Positions 10,620-19,407 of a stretch of 64,000 nt of DNA are shown here, one piece after another. Positions within the stretch are counted from its first letter, which is position 1; the number at the start of each line of letters is the position of its first letter. Below the pieces are notes generated by a model. That model was not told the origin of the DNA, ran no database searches, and saw only the letters and a list, made by a program, of their open reading frames with translations. Position numbers and translations under genes: made by a program. Source of the DNA: Longimicrobiales bacterium (GTDB lineage: Bacteria; Gemmatimonadota; Gemmatimonadetes; Longimicrobiales; Gaopeijiaceae); the NCBI GenBank assembly GCA_965202805.1, contig OZ241869.1, positions 2,336,001 to 2,400,000 of the forward strand. Direction: 5' to 3'.

Positions 10620-11914
10620 CCAGGTCTCCGCTCAGCCGAATCTCCGGCCTCCGCCGCTGCGACCATCGGATACCAGTCGCGTTCCGGCATGAGCCCCGCA
10701 GAGCGGAAGCCATCGCGGGCGCGCTCGGTGATGTCGCTCCGCATCAGGAACTCGAAGCGAGGGTCCAGCACGTAGGCCTTGACCCGTACGCGGGTGACGA
10801 AGGTGGTGCGGAATTCGTCTCCCACCAGGACTACGATGGGCTTGTTCAGGAAGACGTACTGGGAGGTGACGGCGGCCTCGAAGGCGATCTCCCTGGCCCT
10901 GCGTTCGTCCACGCGGCCGGGCAGATACAGATCGGTCACGACCTGGCAGTTCAACTGCCCGGCGTTGGCGTTGGCGACCTGCTCCTCGACGACCTGCGAG
11001 TTGGGCACGGTCACCAGGTTGTCGTCGGCGGTCACGATGCGCGTCGACCTGAGACCGATCGATACCACCTCTCCGTAGGTTCCCCCGACCGAGATCTTGT
11101 CGCCCACCTGGAAGGGCTGGTCGAAGACCACGATCAGGCCCCCCAACACGTTCTTGAGCAGGTCCTGCGCCGCGATGCCGAGCGCCAGGCCCAGCGCCGC
11201 ACTCGCCGCCAGCAGCCCCTGGGCGTCGACCCGGAACACGGTGCGCAGGATGAGGTAGGCCGCGATCCCCCACAGCGCCATGCGCGTGATGGGGATGAGC
11301 CACTTGATGGAGAGGCGACGCTTGACGCTCCGTTCGGCGAGCGTCTCAAGGATCCATGCCAGCGCCCGGATCAGGAAGTGAAAGACGACGATGACGATCA
11401 GCGACCAGAAGATGCCGACCCCGAGACTCCGGACCTCCTCGGTCGCCTCGTCCAGATCGAGGGCGGCGCCGGCGGTGTCGGCCTGGGCCGCGGCCGCTGT
11501 GCCGTCCTGCTCCATCGCGTCCAGGCGGGATAGTATCACTTGCTGCGCCGCAGTGATATCACTCAACTGGGCGGCGAGGGAATCGAGGGTCGGCTGGGAT
11601 GGGGATGCAACCTGCCCGGCACCCGCCTGCGGCTGAACGCCAGCCGCCGCAGCTGCTTCGGCTCCGGGGTCCGCGGCGGGGCCCGCGCCCGCTTCCGCCT
11701 GCTGTCCCGGTGCCGCTTCCGCCGGTTGCTCCGCTGCCGCGCCCGCCTCGGCGCCGGGGACGGCCGTCTGCTCCGTCCCCGTGATCACCACCGTGCCGGA
11801 CTCCGAGTCCGCCGGCACATCCGCGCACGCGGCGATGGCCAGCGGGAGCATGATACAGCCTGCGACGCGCGTGAGCAGCTTCGTGGCGTCGCCGTTCGTG
11901 TCTCGTGCGGCCAT
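10616..11914 (-). CDS. MscS-family mechanosensitive ion channel with lipoprotein-like N-terminal extension
   Basis: GIAAQDLLKNVLGG, DQPFQVGDKI, GEVVSIGLRSTRIVT, VTVPNS; LAIAAC lipobox followed by an Ala/Glu/Gln/Pro linker. Confidence 0.9.
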   Translation of the reverse strand: MAARDTNGDATKLLTRVAGCIMLPLAIAACADVPADSESGTVVITGTEQTAVPGAEAGAAAEQPAEAAPGQQAEAGAGPAADPGAEAAAAAGVQPQAGAGQVASPSQPTLDSLAAQLSDITAAQQVILSRLDAMEQDGTAAAAQADTAGAALDLDEATEEVRSLGVGIFWSLIVIVVFHFLIRALAWILETLAERSVKRRLSIKWLIPITRMALWGIAAYLILRTVFRVDAQGLLAASAALGLALGIAAQDLLKNVLGGLIVVFDQPFQVGDKISVGGTYGEVVSIGLRSTRIVTADDNLVTVPNSQVVEEQVANANAGQLNCQVVTDLYLPGRVDERRAREIAFEAAVTSQYVFLNKPIVVLVGDEFRTTFVTRVRVKAYVLDPRFEFLMRSDITERARDGFRSAGLMPERDWYPMVAAAEAGDSAERRPG

Positions 11915-12057
11915 CTACAGGAGGCGTCCCGGGTTGAGTTTGCGGAAACACTACATTATCGGCGTACCGGTCGCGCGCCTACCCCCGCCACTGATCCCCG
12001 CGACCGAACCCTGTGGAGTCGGCTGGGACGCGCGCGCCCGACGGCAGCGCGAACCCG

Positions 12058-15000
12058 TCAGACCGCGACAGCGCTGTCGCCCGGGTCCTCGGGCAGCCCG
12101 CGCGCCTTCCACAGGTAGTAGACCACCGGGAAGAGCAGAAGTACCACGGCGCCCGAAGTCACGACCCCTCCCACAAGGGGCGCCGCGATCCGCTTCATGA
12201 CGTCGGCTCCCGCGCCCGCGCTCCACATGATCGGCATCAGCCCCAGCACATCGGTTGCGATGGTCATCATGATCGGGCGGACGCGCTTGATGGATCCCGC
12301 CCGAATCGCCTGCGCGAGCGCCGCGCGATCGGTCAGCAGGCCGCGGTCGCGGTAGTCGTTGAGCGAGAGGTTCAGATAGAGCAGAAACACGATCGCGGTT
12401 TCGGCATAGAGGCCCGCCAGCGCGATGATCCCGATCCAGACGGCGATGGAGAGGTCGTAGTTCAGCGCCTGCAGCAGCCAGAACGAGCCGGCGACGGCAA
12501 ACGGAACGCCCAGCAGCACGAGGCAGGTCTCCGTCACGGATCTGTTGGTCAGGTAGATCAGAACGAAGATCAGAAGGAGGGTCATCGGAACCACGTACAT
12601 GAGGCGCCGCTGGGCGCGCTCGAGGTACTCGTACTGCCCGCTCCACGCGATCGTGTATCCCGGGGGAAGCGCGACCCCGGCCGCGACCGCCTCACGCGCG
12701 GACTCCACGTATCCGCCAATGTCCACATCGCGCAGGTCGACGTACACCCAGGCGTTGGGCTTCGCCCCCTCGCTCTTGATGCTCGGAGGACCGACCACGT
12801 ATTCCATGCCCGCCAGCTGTCCCAGCGGCACCTGGTGCCCCTGCGGCGTCGTCACCAGGACGGCGCGCAGCGCGGGCAGATCGTCCCGCAGTTCGCGGCT
12901 GTAGCGCAGGTTGACCGGATGGCGCGTGAGACCTTCCACCGTCGTCGTGACGTTCATCCCGCCGATCGCCGTCCGGACCACCTCCTGCACGTCCCTCACC
13001 GTGAGTCCGTGCCGGGCAATCGCCTCGCGATCGATGGCGAAATCGAGGTAGTTGCCGCCCATCACGCGGTCCGCGTACACGCTGGCGGTCCCGGGAACGT
13101 CCCGCAGCACCTCCTCGATCTCGCGCCCCAGCCTCTCCAGCTCGGCCAGATCGGGACCGGCGATCTTGACGCCGACGGGCGTGCGGATGCCCGTTGACAG
13201 CATGTCGATCCGGCTCCGGATGGGCATGGTCCAGGCGTTGGTCAGCCCCGGAATCTGCAGGGCGGCGTCGAGTTCCTCGATGAGGCGCTCGGGCGTCATC
13301 CCGGACCGCCACTGTTCGCGGGGCTTCAGGGCGATGGTCGTCTCGATCATGGACAGGGGCGCGGGATCGGTCGCCGTTTCGGCCCGCCCCACCTTGCCGA
13401 AGACATGCCGGACTTCGGGGAAGGTGTAGATGATCCGGTCGGTCTGCTGCAGGATCTCGCGCGCTTCGGTGATCGAGACCCCGGGGAGCGTCGTGGGCAT
13501 GTAGAGCAGATCGCCCTCCCAGAGCGGAGGCATGAACTCCGACCCCAGCCGCGACAGCGGCACGGCAGTCGCCGCCAGCCCCAGCACGGCAGCGGCAAGG
13601 ACCCACCTCCGAAACCGCAGAGCCAGCGAGAGAACCGGCCAATACGTCCGGGCCAGAAACCGGCCCAGCGGGGTGCGCGTCGGCGGGCGGATCCTGCCTC
13701 GCACCCAGTAGCCCACCAGCACCGGAACCAGCGTCACCGACAGGAGCGCGGCCGCCGCCATCGCGTAGGTCTTGGTGAACGCCAGGGGCTTGAACAGCCG
13801 GCCCTCCTGCGCTTCGAGGGTGAAGACCGGCATGAACGACACGGTGATCACCAGCAGCGCCAGGAACAGCGACGGACCCACTTCCCGCGCAGCGGACCCG
13901 ACGATCTCCCAGTGCGGCTTCCGGCCACCGTCCTGGGCGAGGCGCCGGTGGGCGTTCTCGACCATCACGATCCCCGCGTCGACCATCGTCCCGATCGCAA
14001 CCGCGATCCCGCCCAGGGACATGATGTTGAGCGTAAGGCCCTGCAGCCGCACCACGATCAGGGCCATCAGGATTCCCACCGGCAGCGCGATCACGGCCAC
14101 GAGCCCGCTGCGCAGGTGAAAGAGGAAGACGAGGCACACCAGGCCCACGATCACGAGCTGCTGCGCGAGGCTCATGCGGATGCTTCCCACCGCCCGGTCG
14201 ATCAGGCCGGTGCGGTCGTACGCCACCTCGATCTCCACGCCTTCCGGCAGGCCCGGCGTGATTTCCGCCAGCCTGTCCTTCACGTCCCGGATCACCTGCC
14301 GCGTATCCGCGCCGGACCGTACCACGACGATGCCGCCGACCGTCTCCCCTTCCCCGTTCCACTCGGCGAGTCCGCGGCGGCCCTCCGGCCCCAGGCTGAC
14401 GCGCGCGACATCCTCCAGCAGGATCGGCGTCCCGTCCGCGCTCACGCCGAGACCGATTCGGCGAATGTCGTCCACCGACTGGATGTAGCCGAGGCCCCGG
14501 ATCATGAACTCCCGCTCGGCGACCTCGATGAGGCCGCCCCCGACATCGCTGTTGCTCTCCTGGATGGCGGTGCGTATGGCGGAGATGGACAGATCGTATG
14601 CGCGCAGGCGATTCGGGTCGACCGTGATCTGGTACTGGCGCACGAAGCCGCCCACGCTGGCCACCTCCGAGACCCCGGGCACCGCGGTCAGCTCGTACCT
14701 GAGGAACCAGTCCTGGATCGCGCGCAGTTCCCCGAGGTCGTGGCGGTCGGACCGGAGCGCGTAGACGAAGGCCCAGCCGACGCCGGTGGCATCGGGCCCG
14801 AGCCGGGGCGTGACGCCCGCCGGCAGCTGCTCGGAAAGGGCGTTGAGGTACTCCAGGACCCGGCTTCTGGCCCAGTAGAGGTCGGTTCCGTCCTCGAAGA
14901 TGACGTACACGAACGACACTCCGAAGAACGAGTACGCGCGCACCACCTGCGCGAACGGCGCCGCCAGCATCTGGGTGGCGACCGGGTAGGTGACCTGGTC

Positions 15001-15186
15001 CTCCACGATGCGCGGCGCCTGGCCCGGATACTCCGTCTGGATGATGACCTGCACGTCCGAGAGATCCGGAATGGCGTCGATGGGCGTGCGGGACAGGGAG
15101 AAGACGCCCGCCACCACGACGGCCAGGGCGCCGACGAGGATCAGGGGCCGGTTTCTGATGGAGCCGTCGATGATGCGCGCGAACAT
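12058..15186 (-). CDS. cusA: Cu/Ag efflux RND permease CusA
   Basis: PIDAIPDLSDVQVII, YWARSRVLEYL, GPDATGVGW, GTMVDAGIVMVEN; CusA-type Met residues in LLYMPTT, APLSMIET and RIDMLSTG. Confidence 0.92.
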   Translation of the reverse strand: MFARIIDGSIRNRPLILVGALAVVVAGVFSLSRTPIDAIPDLSDVQVIIQTEYPGQAPRIVEDQVTYPVATQMLAAPFAQVVRAYSFFGVSFVYVIFEDGTDLYWARSRVLEYLNALSEQLPAGVTPRLGPDATGVGWAFVYALRSDRHDLGELRAIQDWFLRYELTAVPGVSEVASVGGFVRQYQITVDPNRLRAYDLSISAIRTAIQESNSDVGGGLIEVAEREFMIRGLGYIQSVDDIRRIGLGVSADGTPILLEDVARVSLGPEGRRGLAEWNGEGETVGGIVVVRSGADTRQVIRDVKDRLAEITPGLPEGVEIEVAYDRTGLIDRAVGSIRMSLAQQLVIVGLVCLVFLFHLRSGLVAVIALPVGILMALIVVRLQGLTLNIMSLGGIAVAIGTMVDAGIVMVENAHRRLAQDGGRKPHWEIVGSAAREVGPSLFLALLVITVSFMPVFTLEAQEGRLFKPLAFTKTYAMAAAALLSVTLVPVLVGYWVRGRIRPPTRTPLGRFLARTYWPVLSLALRFRRWVLAAAVLGLAATAVPLSRLGSEFMPPLWEGDLLYMPTTLPGVSITEAREILQQTDRIIYTFPEVRHVFGKVGRAETATDPAPLSMIETTIALKPREQWRSGMTPERLIEELDAALQIPGLTNAWTMPIRSRIDMLSTGIRTPVGVKIAGPDLAELERLGREIEEVLRDVPGTASVYADRVMGGNYLDFAIDREAIARHGLTVRDVQEVVRTAIGGMNVTTTVEGLTRHPVNLRYSRELRDDLPALRAVLVTTPQGHQVPLGQLAGMEYVVGPPSIKSEGAKPNAWVYVDLRDVDIGGYVESAREAVAAGVALPPGYTIAWSGQYEYLERAQRRLMYVVPMTLLLIFVLIYLTNRSVTETCLVLLGVPFAVAGSFWLLQALNYDLSIAVWIGIIALAGLYAETAIVFLLYLNLSLNDYRDRGLLTDRAALAQAIRAGSIKRVRPIMMTIATDVLGLMPIMWSAGAGADVMKRIAAPLVGGVVTSGAVVLLLFPVVYYLWKARGLPEDPGDSAVAV

Positions 15187-15199
15187 GAGCGGGCCTCCC

Positions 15200-16717
15200 T
15201 CAGCGCGAGGGACGGGTACCGGGGACCGCCCCGGGCATCGCTCCAGCCTCGCCCGGCGGGGGCCCGTGCGAGCCCGGCATCTCGCCACTCGAATCCGGCA
15301 TCTCTCGATGCGAGGCAGGCATCCCGGCGCCTGGCATCATCTCGTCCATACCGGGCTCCTCCCCGGACTCCGCGCCGCTCAAGAGCTGCGAGATCGCGGC
15401 CTTGAGGTTGGCGTCGGCGTCGATGAGGAACTGGGACGAAACCAGAACCTGCTCTCCCGGGGCCAGCCCGGACGTCACCTCCTGCATCCCTTCGCTCTCG
15501 GTTCCGAGCAGGACCTCGCGCGGCTCGAACACGCCGCCGCCCCTGGCCACGATCACGACGGCGCGCGTTCCGCTGTGAAGCACCGCCTCGGCGGCCACCA
15601 TCACGGCGTCGGATGCGCCCCCGCCCCGCGCCGTCACATCGACGTACATGCCGGGCCGGAGCCGGAGGTCGGCGTTGGCCACCTCCACGAACGCCGTGAG
15701 CGTCCGCGTCTGGGTATTCAGCGCGGGACGAAAGAAGAGGATGCGCCCGTCCCATTGCCGGCCCGGGAACGCGTCCGCCTCGATTTCCACGGCCTCGCCT
15801 TCGCCCACATGCCTGAGATCGTCCTCGTAGAACTCGGTCTCGGCCCAGAGCGTGGAGTGGTCGGCGACCTTCAGGACCGTCATCCCGGGTTCGATCCGCA
15901 GCCCCTCCATCGAGTCGCCCATCTTCTCGACGATGAAGCCGGTGGCGGGCGAAAAGACCCGCACCGTGCGCGCGACCGTCCCCGATTCGGCGAGCGCGTC
16001 GATCTGCGCCTCGGTCATGTCCCAGTAGAGCAGGCGCTCCCGGGTCGCCTCCAGGAGGGACTCCGCGCGCTCGATCGCCTCCGCGTAGGCCCCGCCGTCC
16101 CTCAGGCGGCGGAGGTAGTCCATCGCCCCCGTGAACTCGCGTTGGGTCGTGACCAGCTCCGGGCTGTAGATCTCGAAGAGCACATCGCCCCTTTCGACGG
16201 TCTCGCCCACGTTGTTGACGCTTGCCTTCTCGATCCAGCCCGCGTACTTGGTCTGGACCGAGACCACCCGCTCCTCGTTGTGCGCCAGGATGCCGACCGT
16301 GCGGATGAAGACGGGGAGCGAACCGCGCTGCACGTCGGCCGTGCGCACGGCGAAGTTCTGCAGGAAGCTCGGGCTCACCCGGACCTGGCCGTCCGCGAGG
16401 CCTTCGTCCTCGTAGACCGGCACCAGATCCATCCCCATCGGCGACTTGCCAGGGCGGTCCGACGTGTAGTTCGGGTCCATGGGCGCTCGCCAGTAGAGTA
16501 TCCTGCGCTCACCCCTGCCTCCGGAGGTCGCTGCATCGGCGCCGCCCGCTCCGGCTTCTCCCGGGGATGCGTGGTCCCCGCTCACTCCGGCTCCGGGCGG
16601 TGTCCCGGTCATGGGCTCGCCCGGCACGATGCGTATAAGAAGCAGCGTCCCGCCCGCGCCGATCACCGCGCCCAGCGCCACGATTGCCGCGAACTGAAAT
16701 CTCCTTGTGTTCCTCAT
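15200..16717 (-). CDS. cusB: Cu/Ag efflux RND periplasmic adaptor CusB-like
   Basis: YWRAPMDPNYTSDRPGKSPMGMDLVP metal-binding motif, IYSPEL, LRPGMY, SSQFLID; Met-rich C-terminal tail. Confidence 0.88.
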   Translation of the reverse strand: MRNTRRFQFAAIVALGAVIGAGGTLLLIRIVPGEPMTGTPPGAGVSGDHASPGEAGAGGADAATSGGRGERRILYWRAPMDPNYTSDRPGKSPMGMDLVPVYEDEGLADGQVRVSPSFLQNFAVRTADVQRGSLPVFIRTVGILAHNEERVVSVQTKYAGWIEKASVNNVGETVERGDVLFEIYSPELVTTQREFTGAMDYLRRLRDGGAYAEAIERAESLLEATRERLLYWDMTEAQIDALAESGTVARTVRVFSPATGFIVEKMGDSMEGLRIEPGMTVLKVADHSTLWAETEFYEDDLRHVGEGEAVEIEADAFPGRQWDGRILFFRPALNTQTRTLTAFVEVANADLRLRPGMYVDVTARGGGASDAVMVAAEAVLHSGTRAVVIVARGGGVFEPREVLLGTESEGMQEVTSGLAPGEQVLVSSQFLIDADANLKAAISQLLSGAESGEEPGMDEMMPGAGMPASHREMPDSSGEMPGSHGPPPGEAGAMPGAVPGTRPSR

Positions 16718-18057
16718 GATCCCTCCTCGTCCGGAGACGATGCTCCGTCCTCGGGAAAGGGCGATCCGATGGCCCGCTCCATGTCGGCCAGCGTCTTCAT
16801 GTAGTCGGCCCGCATGCGCGCGAGGCCGAGGCGGACGTCCAGCAGGACGGATTCGCTGTCCAGCAACTCCAGCACGCCCGTGACGCCCGCCGAGTACGCC
16901 TCCTCGGTCGCGCGCAGCGCCTGCTCCGCCTGGGGGAGCAACGCGCGTTCGAAGAGGGCCAGCTGCCCCTCGATGGTGGCAAGCCGGAACGCGGTCGAGC
17001 GGACGGCGAACGCCACCTCGTTGACCGCATCCCGGTACCCTTCCTCCGCGGCCGATAGGCGCGCGGCGGCTTCGCGCATGCCCGCGTCGTAGCTCGACCT
17101 GAAGACGGGAATGCTCGCGCCCAGGGTGAGGCTGTAGGTATCGCGTCCGTTGTCCGGGGGCGGATCGGTGCGGCCCGGATCGTCGCGCCGGTCGAGCACG
17201 CTCCCCCAGGCGACGCCGATGGAGAAGTCGGGCCGGTACCGGCGACGCGCGAGGCGCACCGCCCGCTGGCCGCTCTCGATCCGCAGGCGCGCCGATCTCA
17301 CCTCCGGCCTGACGCCGACGCCGGCCGCCCGCAACCGCTCATCGTCAACGCTCGCCAGCAGGGGCTCCCCGAGCTCGATTATCGGGATGGGGGCGTCCAC
17401 CGGCCGATTCGCGAGGATGTTGAGCGCCGCTTCGAAGTCGGTTCGCTGCTTAACAAGCGTTTGCCGTGAGCTGAGGACGCGTGTCACCTCCGCCTGGAGC
17501 TTGAGCACCGCCTGCTGCTGCCCGAAGCCCTGCGAGTAGCGAGCCTGCGCCAGGGTTTCGTAGTGGAGGAGGAGCTGTTCCTCTTCGCCGGTGATGCGGA
17601 GGGCTTCATCGAGGTACGCGAGGTCGTAGTAGGCCAGCTTGACCTGCCGCACGACTTCGGCCCTCTGTTCCCGATATGCCTCGCCGCGACTCTCGGCCTC
17701 GGCCTTGGCGATGTCCCTTCGGTCCGAAAGCGTCCCGAACCAGGGGAATGCCTGGCTGAGCGATACGCCCGACGTCTGCGGCCCAACCCGGGTCTGGGGG
17801 CCCCGCAGGTGTTGGGTGAAGGCAACCATCGGATTCGGCAGGGCTGCGGCCTGCGGGATGCGGGCGCGCGCGGCCTGCGCCTCCGAGAGCGCCCCGCGCA
17901 GGCGCGGGTTACTCTCCAGTGCGTCCGCGATGAGCGCGGCAAGCGTGGGATCGCCGTTGTTCGCATGGGTCGGCGTCTGCGCGGTGGCGCCCGCCGGGCC
18001 CAGGGGATCCGAGGTCGCGATTGCCAGCGCAACCGCCAGGATCCGCTTGATAGACAT
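16714..18057 (-). CDS. TolC-family outer membrane factor (CusC-like)
   Basis: Signal peptide, ALESNPRL, SQAFPWFG, LLPQAEQALRA; ATGA overlap with cusB. Confidence 0.85.
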   Translation of the reverse strand: MSIKRILAVALAIATSDPLGPAGATAQTPTHANNGDPTLAALIADALESNPRLRGALSEAQAARARIPQAAALPNPMVAFTQHLRGPQTRVGPQTSGVSLSQAFPWFGTLSDRRDIAKAEAESRGEAYREQRAEVVRQVKLAYYDLAYLDEALRITGEEEQLLLHYETLAQARYSQGFGQQQAVLKLQAEVTRVLSSRQTLVKQRTDFEAALNILANRPVDAPIPIIELGEPLLASVDDERLRAAGVGVRPEVRSARLRIESGQRAVRLARRRYRPDFSIGVAWGSVLDRRDDPGRTDPPPDNGRDTYSLTLGASIPVFRSSYDAGMREAAARLSAAEEGYRDAVNEVAFAVRSTAFRLATIEGQLALFERALLPQAEQALRATEEAYSAGVTGVLELLDSESVLLDVRLGLARMRADYMKTLADMERAIGSPFPEDGASSPDEEGS

Positions 18058-18254
18058 GTGTACCTCGCCATCAGGATGTCGACAGGTCCCGTGAGGGGAT
18101 GGCCGGGCGCGAGGCTGCGGTTCCGAAGGGAGCGGGACCGTGTGCTGCGCCGTACGGGCCCACGACCAACTGCGGGAAACGCCACCGGCGGGTGCGGCGG
18201 CGCGCGCGAGTCAGGCGGCCTTCACGGGTTGCGCCCCGAACGGAGCGCGGACGG

Positions 18255-18737
18255 TCAGGCGTGGTGGCGAGGCGGGGGCGTTTCCACGCCCATCGAGACC
18301 GCGACGGGGATGGGCGCGATGTAGAGGTTCGCCCGGACGGAAACGGCCGGGACGCGAGCCAGGATGGTCGCTCGCACGGTGCGCGCGGAGGCGGCGCCGC
18401 AGGACGCCAGGATCATCAGGCACCCGCCGCCGTCGCCGTGGTGCTCCCCGTGCGGGGCCGGCGTCGTGTCCCCGGTGGAGAGGTCGTGGTGGCGGGTGGC
18501 CGGCGGGGCGGGCGGGCGGGTCGGGTCGTGGTGCGCCGGCGCGCTCGCGTGGGGGTCGGGGTCGCCGGTGCGGTGCGCGGGATCGCCGGCCATGGGTGCG
18601 GAAGCGAACGTGCGCGGGGCGGCGTCGAGCATGGGCGTGGACGCACCCATGTCACAATGAACCGCGGCCAGTTGGGACCAGGACAGGGCCGCGAGGGCGA
18701 ACAGAGCTGCGGAGCGGCGCATGAGAGCAATGTGCAT
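18255..18737 (-). CDS. Secreted His/Cys-rich protein with C-terminal ETPPPR; putative CutF/CruR (DUF2946)-like regulatory leader
   Basis: Signal-like MRRSAALFALAALSWSQLAAVHC, His-rich middle, CLMILASC, VETPPPRHHA; directly upstream of cusCBA. Confidence 0.6.
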   Translation of the reverse strand: MHIALMRRSAALFALAALSWSQLAAVHCDMGASTPMLDAAPRTFASAPMAGDPAHRTGDPDPHASAPAHHDPTRPPAPPATRHHDLSTGDTTPAPHGEHHGDGGGCLMILASCGAASARTVRATILARVPAVSVRANLYIAPIPVAVSMGVETPPPRHHA

Positions 18738-18773
18738 GGCGCAATGCCGGGGCGTCAACAAGGCCGCCCCGGG

Positions 18774-19361
18774 TCAGCCTCCGCCCCCCGGAAGGTACTT
18801 CGCCGGAATCGGGTGGTCGGGCCCCTCGCCGAGCCAGAAGATCGACACCAGCCACCAGCGCGACCCGTCGTTCATCAGTTGAATCGAGTTGATGCCGCGC
18901 GTGAACGGCTCGGGGTCGCTCGCGCTCCTGCGCGACTCGTAGGTGCTGAAGGCGTGCGCGATGACGCCGTACTCCTCGGTCACCCGATGGATCTCCACCT
19001 CGTGGAAGCCGTTGGCTTCGAGCGACGCGCCGGCCACCTCCGCGTACTCGTCGGGGGTGATCACTCTGCGCGCGTAGGCCGCGCCGGCGGCGGGACGTCC
19101 CACCGGGCTGAGGGTCGCGCCGGACACGAACAGCGACCGGAAGCGGTCCCAGTCGCGCGCCACGCCCGCGTCGCCGGAGATCACTTCGTAGAGGGCCGCG
19201 ATGATGGCGTCGATGGACGCGACGTCGTCCGGATCGGCGGCGGGCTGCTGCGCGGTGGCGGGGGTTGGCGCCCAGGCAGCCACGCCAGCCGCCACGACAA
19301 GGGTCGTTAGGCGTGCCAGGCAGAAGACACGGCCTGCAGGACGTGGGCGCGTAGCGGTCAT
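18774..19361 (-). CDS. Secreted NTF2/SnoaL-like hypothetical protein
   Basis: Signal peptide; SIDAIIAALYEVISG, RDWDRFRSLF, AHAFSTYE, RGINSIQL, WWLVSIFW. Confidence 0.75.
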   Translation of the reverse strand: MTATRPRPAGRVFCLARLTTLVVAAGVAAWAPTPATAQQPAADPDDVASIDAIIAALYEVISGDAGVARDWDRFRSLFVSGATLSPVGRPAAGAAYARRVITPDEYAEVAGASLEANGFHEVEIHRVTEEYGVIAHAFSTYESRRSASDPEPFTRGINSIQLMNDGSRWWLVSIFWLGEGPDHPIPAKYLPGGGG

Positions 19362-19407
19362 GGGTACCGGTCCGTGATGGGAACGCCGGGAGTCCGGCGG
19401 TTCGAGG

